Shown piece by piece: positions 55,373 to 64,000 of a stretch of 64,000 nucleotides of DNA. A model generated the notes under the pieces. That model was given only the letters and a program-made list of their open reading frames with translations. It was not told where the DNA came from and searched no databases. The stretch is from the NCBI GenBank assembly GCA_951406725.2, contig OX597819.1, positions 47,616,001 to 47,680,000 on the forward strand. The letters are read 5' to 3'. Made by a program: the position numbers and the translations under genes. The DNA comes from Octopus vulgaris (taxonomy: Eukaryota). Within the stretch, counting starts at the first letter, position 1; each line of letters opens with the position of its first letter.

Positions 55373-55867
55373 AAACCAGAAATGATGAAAGCAAAATTGA
55401 TCTTGGTGAGATTTGAACTCAGAATGTAAAGAGCTGTAACAAATGCTTACATTCTAACAATTTTACCAACTCACTGGAATAAATTTTACAAAATGTGAGA
55501 AATTATGTTTTGATGCTGTTTTACCAAAATTAGTCATAATGTGTAAAATCACTTCAATGATAAAAGAATTTAAAGAGGAAAAAAAACTGGCATTACAGTG
55601 CAAGAATGTATGTAAATGTGTATAGTTGAGTAATTGAGATACTTTAACTTCTTTCAAGATATATAGAATCATCCCTGATAGCAATCATATAAGGTGTTGC
55701 CCAAATTCTTGGTTTCATCAAAAATAACTTGTTTATATTCAATCAACAAAGTGTAACTTTTCTATATGCAAAACAATTTTGTTTTTCTTTTCTCCGTATG
55801 AGATTTTAATAATACAATATTTAAAAACTTAATAATAATAATGTTGATGATGATGATGATGATAATA

Positions 55868-56418
55868 CGTACAAGCCGGACCATCAGGGCAAATAAACCA
55901 GATGTTGTTGTGAAAGACAAAAGCAATAAAGTCTGTTTATTGATTGACATGAGCATACTCCGTGGCCATAATATCTCGGCAAAAGAATTTGATAAACTCA
56001 GAAAATGTGAGGATTTGCTAACTGAAATCAAAAAGATGTGGCACCTCAAGACGGTTACAATACCAGTGATTATGGGAGCACTTGGAATGATCAACAAAGG
56101 AACTGAAAATTATTTAAGAATGAATCCTGGCTTACCATCCATGCAGGAAGTGCAAAAGATTGTTTTAACTGGTACATCACACATATTGAGAAGAGCATTG
56201 TCGCTGTGAATTTTCTTTCCTTTTCCCCCTTTATTTTATTTGTTTACTTTTCTATTTTTTTCTCTCTGTCATCTCCTTTTTCTCTGTCACATGACTCTGT
56301 AAATGAACAATCTGGTGTGTTTGTTTTAATGGCCTACCAATTTATACAGTACATTTCTCTGCCTTAGGTGTCAGGAAGACACTCAGCAAGAAATGGACAC
56401 AGAACTGAAAGAAGCTGC
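55868..56418 (+). mobile_element. Dong/R4-clade non-LTR 3' fragment (restriction-like endonuclease plus 3' UTR)
   Basis: NKPDVVVKDKSNKVCLLIDMS...K..K...LLTEIKKMW...PVIMGALG is a PD-(D/E)xK endonuclease. Flanked by (TAA/TGA)n. Confidence 0.85.
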
Positions 56419-56436
56419 TAATGATAATAATAATAA

Positions 56437-56957
56437 TCAAGTATGGACTTGACAGAGCAAAAAATTGGTATCACACCAAACCTGAAGGCATTGTTGAAAA
56501 TAGAAATGCAAAGATCCTATGGGATTTTATGATTCAGTACAACCATGAGATTGAGAATAGGAAGCCGGACATAGTCTTAATTGAGGAAGTAAACAAACTA
56601 TGCCGGATCATAGATATAGCATGCTCAGCTGACAACAAGTTATGCGATAAGGAAGAAAGAAAAGTCGAGAGATATGACATGTTAGCTTGGGAAGTTAAGC
56701 AGTTGTGGTCGATGGAAAAGGTAGCAGTAGTACCAATAATTGTCGGAGTCCTGGGAACAGTGAGAAAAAATCTTGAGAAGTAAATGGAACAAAAAAGGGG
56801 CTGCAATAAAGGTGGAGCACTTGCAGAAAACAGCACTGCTTGGAACCGCTTGAATAATCCGGAAGGTGCTCGAAAAATAAGAGGTGTTACCTTAGTTCAC
56901 TAGTAGTGAACAGCTGACACTGTAGTACATCTCCAGTGTTAGAAGCTGTGCAAATCA
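56437..56957 (+). mobile_element. Second, divergent Dong/R4-clade 3' fragment
   Basis: WYHTKPEGIVENRNAKILWDFMIQ..ENRKPDIVLIEEVNKLCRIIDIAC...KVERYDMLAWEVKQLW..VVPIIVGVLG. Ends in (TAA)n. Confidence 0.85.
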
Positions 56958-56973
56958 ATAAATAATAATAATA

Positions 56974-57024
<51 letters not shown>

Positions 57025-57026
<2 letters not shown>

Positions 57027-57722
57027 CCTTTCTACTATAAGCACAAGACCTGAAATTTCTGGGGAAGGTACTAGATAATTACATCAACCCCAGTGTGTAA
57101 CTGGTACTTAATTTATCAGCTGTGAAAGGATGAAAGGCAAAGTCGACCTCAGTGGAATTTGAACTCAGAATATAAAGATGGATAAAATGCTGCCAAGTAG
57201 TTTTCCTGGCATGCTAACGATTCTGCCAGCTCACTGCCTTGATAATGATAATAATGATAATAATAATCTTTTCTACTACAGGCACAAGGCCTGAAATTTG
57301 TGGGGAAGGGGTTAAGTCGATTACATTGACCCCAATACTCAGCTGGTACTTAATTTATTGACCTGAAAGGATGAAAGGCAAAGTCAACCTCGAGGGAATT
57401 TGAACTCAAAACGTAGTGATGGATGAAACACTGCTAAGCACTCCATCCAGTGTGCTAATGATTCTGCCAGCTCACCGCTTTAATAATAATAATAATAATA
57501 TTAATAATGATGATGATGATGATGATGATGATGGTAATGGTTTAAATTTCATCACAAGGGCAGCAATTTTGGGGGAGGGGATGAGTTGAATACATTGATC
57601 CCAGTGTTTAACTGGTACTTATTTTATTGACCTCAGCAGAATTCGAACCCAGAACATTGTGGCAGATGAAATATCACTAAGTATTTCGCCCAGTGCACTA
57701 ACAATTCTGCCAGCTGCCACCT
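57025..57722 (-). mobile_element. Three head-to-tail SINE family B copies separated by (TAA/TGA)n
   Basis: Copies at about 57025-57240, 57266-57480 and 57535-57722. Confidence 0.85.
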
Positions 57723-57738
57723 TAAAAATAATAATAAC

Positions 57739-57773
<35 letters not shown>

Positions 57774-57802
57774 TAATAATAATAATAATGATAATAATAA
57801 TA

Positions 57803-57843
<41 letters not shown>

Positions 57844-57959
57844 CATTACTTTTTTTTTTTCTTCTTTCAAATTTGCTTCCATTTCTTTGCCCTAGGAGTT
57901 GGGAAGACACTCGGCAAGAAATGGAAGCAAATTTGAAAGAAGAAAAAAAAAATGTAATG

Positions 57960-57990
<31 letters not shown>
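57803..57990. repeat. Fold-back of a Dong-type 3' tail plus (ATT)n/(AAT)n arms
   Basis: ttcttctttcaaatttgcttccatttct / agaaatggaagcaaatttgaaagaagaa. The centre resembles the 3' UTR at 56360-56413. Confidence 0.8.
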
Positions 57991-58033
<43 letters not shown>

Positions 58034-58289
58034 AATAATAATAATGATAATGATGATAATAATAGTGATGATGATGATGATGATGATTATGGTTTCAGAT
58101 TTTGGCACAAGATCACAATAATAACAAATAGCAAAGAATTTCAAAAAATGCATTTGAAATCCTGCCATTTAATCAAAACTGTACTTTTAGATATAAACAA
58201 AATAAACTTAGAAGGTATAGCATATTTACCTCCTTTTAATGTTTGACACATATAATGTGTTTTGTAGTTTATGGAAATAAAAGATGAAT

Positions 58290-59221
58290 TTCAGATTGCA
58301 AGACAGTGTGTGAGAAAAAATTGTGATGTCATTGGAAAGAAATGTGTCTGCATGGCTGATGGTGCACTTGCTTTTAATGAGTTTGCATAGAAAGAGGCCT
58401 GGAAATGCCATTATGAAAGACTGCTGAACGTGGAGAATGAATGGGAGGAGGAGAGTCCAGTATGCTTCGCTGGATGTGCAATGTCAGTGTGCATGTTCGA
58501 CAGAGTGTAAACATCTTGAGAGAAAAGTAAGGCATAAGAGGCATCAGATTTGGTGTGCAAGAGAGACAACTGCACTAATATGGTCATGTGATGTGTATGG
58601 ATGAGGTAAAGAAGTGCTGATCTCTAATTGTGGAGGGAACCTGTGGCAGAGGTAGACCCAGAAGACATGGGATGAGGTGGTGAAGCATGATCTTCGAACT
58701 TTGAACCTCACAGAGGCAATGACTAGTGACCGAGACCTTTAGCAATGTGCTCTGCTTAAGAGGACCCATCAAGCCAAGTGCACCCATGCTGATGTCATGT
58801 AAAAAATCAACCTCTGAAAATTGGGCTTCATAGAGGGAATGTGGCTGACTTCCTTTCGAGTGTTGAACCTCATGGAGGTGAGGTGGCTGAGTTCCCTTCA
58901 AGCTGGCCTCACAGGAGTGAGGTGGCTGAGTTCTTTTTGAGCATTGGGTATCACGGAAGCAAAGTAGCTGAGTTCCTTTTGAGTGTTGGTCTTCATGGAG
59001 GCAATGACCAAGCTGAGCAAAATCACAGTCATGGCAGATACCAGTGTCAGGCAAATGGTACTTGTGCTGGTGGCATGTAAAAGCATTCATTAGGAAGGGC
59101 ATCCAGCCATAGAAAACCATGCCAAATCAGACTGGAGCCTGATGCAGCCATCAGCGTGGTAGCCTAGTCAAACCATCCAACTCATGCCAGCATGGACAAC
59201 AGTTGTAAAATGATGATGATG

Positions 59222-59222
<1 letters not shown>
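58290..59222 (+). mobile_element. Internally deleted RTE LINE, same family as 35800-38272, opposite orientation
   Basis: Similar to 37870-38040 joined directly to about 36560 and onward to the 3' tail. The 3' UTR has tandem gtggctgagttc units. Confidence 0.8.
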
Positions 59223-59252
<30 letters not shown>

Positions 59253-60512
59253 AAAGAAAGACTATACTTTCCACTGTGAAGCCACCACCAAGGTTCACAC
59301 ACATACACACACACACATATATATATATACACACACTCACACATGCATATATCTGTGTGTGTGCATAAGGCCATGTAAGACTGTTTGTGCCATTGCCACA
59401 TTAAAAGCATCCAGCACACTCTGTAAAATGGTTGGCATTAGGAAGGACGTCCCGTCACAGAAACCATGCCAAGTCAAACTGGAACCTGGTGCAGCTCTCC
59501 AGCTTGCTAGCTCGGGTCAAACTATCCAAACTATGCCATCATTGAAAACAGGCATTAAAGGATGATGATGATGATACCTATATGTATACATATACATACA
59601 CACATGTATGTATTGTCATCCCCACCTTCATTCTTAATCAGTTTTTTTCCATGCTGACATGAATTGGACAAGAATCTTTGAGCCAATGTTTTTATGGTTG
59701 GATGCTCTTCCAAGGAACTAACTTCTCCCCACAGCATGTGAACTTATTCAAATCTGTTTCACTTAATTTTGTCAGTACAAACAACCTCCAAATCTGGATT
59801 TTATCTAGTGTTATATATATATATTACATTTGACCAAAAGACAATCATCTTCATCATCATCATCATCATTTAATGTCCATTTTCCAAACTGGCATGGGTT
59901 GGATGGTTTGACAGAAGCAGACCTGCTGGAGAATTGCACTTGGCTCCAATTGCCTGTTTTGGCATTGTTTCTATGGCTTGATGCCCTTCCTAACACCAAC
60001 CACTTTACAGCGTGTACTGGGTGCTTTTATATGAAACTAGCACCAGTGCTTTATATGTGAAATTAGCATGGGTGCCCTATATATGACACCAGCACAGGTG
60101 CTTTTTACATAGCACTGACACAATGTAGAAAGTTATTACAACTTCATCAATGAGATAAGATTTATTTTTATTTCCATTTTTGAAAACAAATATCATTAGG
60201 CATTCTACAAATTAGAATACTTTGAGAAATCAGTAATTGTTATAAGATTGGGTGTGGTAAAAAACCTATGAATAATAGAAAAATGTTAGCAGGGCCACAC
60301 ATGGCAAAAATATCAATTATAGATGGAGAAATTGTTGCTAATTTGTAGGTTTGAATTGCTTTTACGTATGTTTTTTGGGGGAGTAGTGATTTATGATTTA
60401 TTAATGATTTATCTCAGTTATTCGATAACTTCAATAGGTTTTTCTTAATTAAGACATGAATGGAAAGATTTAATTCCAAAATTTAATGATTTACTATTCA
60501 GATATAACTTAC

Positions 60513-60597
60513 TTCTTTCAAAGATGGTCGATATACCACCCAGCCTGTTGGGAGTTTGATCTCAGAAACTGCCATATTGGTGCTGTTAGACAAATCA
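60513..60597 (-). CDS. A2M/TEP-family gene exon, start of the receptor-binding domain: DLSNSTNMAVSEIKLPTGWVVYRPSLKE
   Basis: ttttctttcAG ... GTAAGT, 85 nt, phase 2-0. Contains the signature SNMAVxEVxLPSG...SL of A2M/TEP MG8. No upstream exon was recognised inside the window. Confidence 0.92.
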
Positions 60598-61442
60598 CTG
60601 AAAGAAAAAATTGAAAAGCAAGAAATAAATAAATCACCCATGCTGATTGAAAAACAAGAAATAAATGAATTGAAAACTAAGAAATAAGTGTAAATTTTAC
60701 CGGTGAGTGTGTTAAATTATAAGGCACAAAAAGAAAATGACTCTCCCCAGACACAACAGAATAGAAAAACAAACACTTTATTTATTTAACCAGTACTTTA
60801 TTTTATTGACTAAAGCAGGATGAAAGGCAAAATTAACCTCAGCAGGCAATAGGTTTGTAAATAACAAGAGAAAGTTGCTTCACAACAAAATGTCTGTGAT
60901 ATAACTATCTAAAATATTTAATTGTAGAAGTGGATGCACATCTATCCTTGTTTATCACAGGTGTTTGCTTCCAAAAATATATACCATATCAAATGATTCA
61001 ATGATAAATGAGTAAAAGAACACATAGAAAAAAAATAGGTTTCATTCTGAGACAGTAAATTGTCCTGAACATTGTAAATATCCATTAGGGTGTGCTTTTC
61101 CAGTCCAAGCAAAATCTTTGACTGATTGTCAAGCTGTGTTATCATAGATGAATTCATGATAAGCATAATATGGTTCACAATTGAGCATACCATCTTATCC
61201 AGGATCAATGGTGAATGAATTATGAAGATAGATGCAATCCCATTTCTAAAGGCAAAATAAAATAGCAGTAACATTGCATTGGCAAAAACATGACTCTCAT
61301 CAGCTAATAGTTATTTGAAACAACACACAACCAATATTTGTTGTGTCTGTTGGAAAGAATAAAACTGGGTGATATCTTTCTACCACCCTACCTCTCTCTC
61401 CCTCTGTCTATCTGTCTGTCTGCCACTCTCTCTCTCTCTCTT

Positions 61443-61559
<117 letters not shown>

Positions 61560-61774
61560 TTCCTCCTCTCCCTCTCAACAGTTAGAGGCTCAGAAAAGGC
61601 CCATAGGCATTGCCCTTCTTTCCTCTCTGAGCAATAATAAATTATGCATGCTACACAAAGTATGTTAGTAATTTACTAGCTGTTAGATTATGTCAATTTA
61701 AGCTGAAGTAGATAATCCAAATATTTATACTTGGCTTCCAAAAAATAAATAGTCAACAACATCAATAATAATAA

Positions 61775-62397
61775 TCCTTTCTACTGGAAGTACAAGGCCT
61801 CAAATTTGGGGAAAGGGATTAAATCAATTACTTGACCCCACTGCATAACTGGTACTTAATTTATCAACCCCAAAAGGATGAAAGACAAAGTCGACCCAAG
61901 CAGTATTTGAACTCAGAACTTGAAGACAGACGTAATACCGCTAAGCATTTCACCCAGTGTGCTAACAATTCTACCAGCTTGCTGCCTTAAGATTGAACTT
62001 GGCAGAATTTGAACTCAGAATGTATAGACAGATGAAATGATGCTAAGTATGTTGCCTGGTGTGCTATCGATTCCACCACCTTACTGCCTTAACATCAATA
62101 ATAATAATGATAATGATAGTCACTTTGACAGCATGTGCTGCTCTCTCAATAATAATAATAATAATAATAATAATAGTAATCCTTTCTACTATAGGCACAA
62201 GGCCTGAAATTTGGGGGAGAGAGTCAGTCGATAAGATCAACCCCAGTTCGCAAATGGTACTTAATTTATCGATCCTGAAAGAGTGAAAGGCAAAGTTAAC
62301 CTTGGTGGAATTTGAACTCAGAACATAGCAGCAGACAAAATGCCACTAAGCATTTCACCCAGTGTGCTAACGATTCTGCCAGCTCACTGCCTTATTA

Positions 62398-62432
<35 letters not shown>

Positions 62433-63990
62433 AATAGAGCACCAAAGGCCAGATGTAGTAATCTTTAGGAGGGACAAACAAGAGTGCCTAATAATCAATG
62501 TAGCAGTGCCAGAAGATCAACATATCATCATGAAAGAAAGAGAAAAAGTTGATAAATACGGAGCCTGAGAATTGAGATCACTAAGATGTGACAGCCACGA
62601 GAGTTGAACATAAAGGTTACCCCTATTGTTATTGGAGCATTGGGTTCAATACCATCCAATCTGAAAAAAACATCTGAAAACCTTAGAAATATCCTACAAT
62701 CTAGATGTATTACAAAAGTCGGCTTAACTTGGAACTGCACACATATTTTTTTCTACTCTAGGCACAAGGTCCGAAATTTTGGAGGAGGAGGCCAGTTGAT
62801 TAGAGCAACCTCCTGTATGCAACTGGTACTTAATTTATCAACCTTGAAAGGATGAAAGACAAAGTCAACCTCGGCAGAATTTGAACTCAGAACGTAAAGA
62901 CAGATGAAATGACGCTAAGCATTTCACCCAGTGTGCTAACGTTTCTTATTTCTTTATTGCCCACAAGGGGCTAAACATAGAGGGGACAAACAAGGACAAA
63001 CAAAGGGATTAAGTCGATTACATCAACCCCCAGTGTGTAACTGGTACTTAATTTATCAACCCTGAAAGGATGAAAAGCAAAGTCGACCTTGGTGGAATTT
63101 GAACTCAGAATGTAAAGGCAGACAAAATATCGATAAGCATTTCGCCAGGCATGCTAACGTTTCTGCCAGCTTGCCACCTTTGGAACTGCGTGCATATTGC
63201 ATAAAGTACTGTCGGTCTAAGGTCCTTGTTGACTTAACAAACCCCTGGTAGACACAATATCTTCAATCAACAACTTCACAATATTGTATACTGTGCAATG
63301 TCTATAACAATAATAATAATGGTTTCAAATTTTGCCACAGGGGAGGGAGTATGTTGATTACATCAATCCCAGAGCTCAACTGGTATTTATTTTCTTAACC
63401 CCAAGGGGGTAAAAGGCAAAGTCAACCTCGGTGTATTTTTGTACTCAGAACATAAAGACTGACAAAATGCCATTAAGTATTTTGTCCAGCATGCTAACAA
63501 TTCTGCCAGCACATTCTCTTCTTAGAAATAGTAATAATCCTATCTACTAAAGGCACAAGGGCTGATATTTTGGGCTAGGGAACTAGTCAATTACATTGAC
63601 TCCAGTGCACAAACGTTACTTATTTTACTGACTCTGAAAGGATGAAAGGTAAAGCTGACCTCAGTGAAATTTGAATGCAGAGCATACAGATGGACAAAAT
63701 ACTGCTACGCATTTTGTGCAGTATGCTTAAGATTCTGCCATCTTAATAATGCCTTCTTAATAATGATAATGACAATGATTTCAAATTTTGGCACAAGGCC
63801 AGAAGTTTCAGGGGAGGGAGGAAGTCAGTTACATCAACCCTAGTGATGAACAGGTACTTATTTTATCCTCTCCAAATGGATGAAAGACAAAGGTGAACTC
63901 AGCAGAATTTGAACTCAGAACACAAAGACAGACAAAACGCCACTAAGCATTTTGTCTGGCATGCTAACAATTCTGCCAGCTTGCCCGCCT
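61775..63990 (-). mobile_element. Cluster of at least seven SINE family B copies, with an interleaved plus-strand Dong/R4 fragment
   Basis: Repeated ...gaaaggatgaaaggcaaagtcgacct..gaatttgaactcagaa... units. The endonuclease fragment EHQRPDVVIF...PIVIGALG at 62435-62748 continues at about 63180. Confidence 0.85.
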
Positions 63991-64000
63991 CTTCTTCTTA

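Noticed and set aside
60942-61274. 110-aa minus-strand ORF as an upstream TEP exon
   Set aside because: No recognisable TEP motif, and it ends in a stop without a suitable phase-2 donor.
61775-63990. CRISPR-like or satellite array
   Set aside because: The units are diverged ~215-bp SINE copies with microsatellite spacers in a eukaryotic context; there are no cas genes.

Overview
AT-rich, microsatellite-saturated animal genomic DNA. The SINE and microsatellite landscape suggests a cephalopod, probably Octopus (inference). The ORF track is mostly microsatellite artefact and misses the one host gene I can support: the 3' end of a minus-strand alpha-2-macroglobulin/thioester-containing-protein (TEP) family gene. 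I reconstructed 8 GT-AG exons with consistent phases (60597 to 40574), encoding an A2M receptor-binding (MG8) domain plus a Cys-containing NTR/C345C-like C-terminal extension; a poly(A) signal lies at 39711-39716. The rest is mobile DNA: several tRNA-type SINE families, decayed RTE LINEs, Dong/R4-type endonuclease fragments in (TAA)n, Penelope remnants with hammerhead-like motifs and fold-backs, Helitrons, and Tigger, mariner and piggyBac remnants/MITEs. The main highlights are (1) a complete, TSD-flanked 1.85-kb retroelement encoding only an ORF1/gag-like zinc-knuckle protein and sharing its 3' hairpin+AATAAA tail with a SINE, (2) a copy of the TEP gene's own mRNA 3' end inside one of its introns, and (3) hammerhead ribozyme motifs. 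All calls are by eye; no alignments or searches were run.
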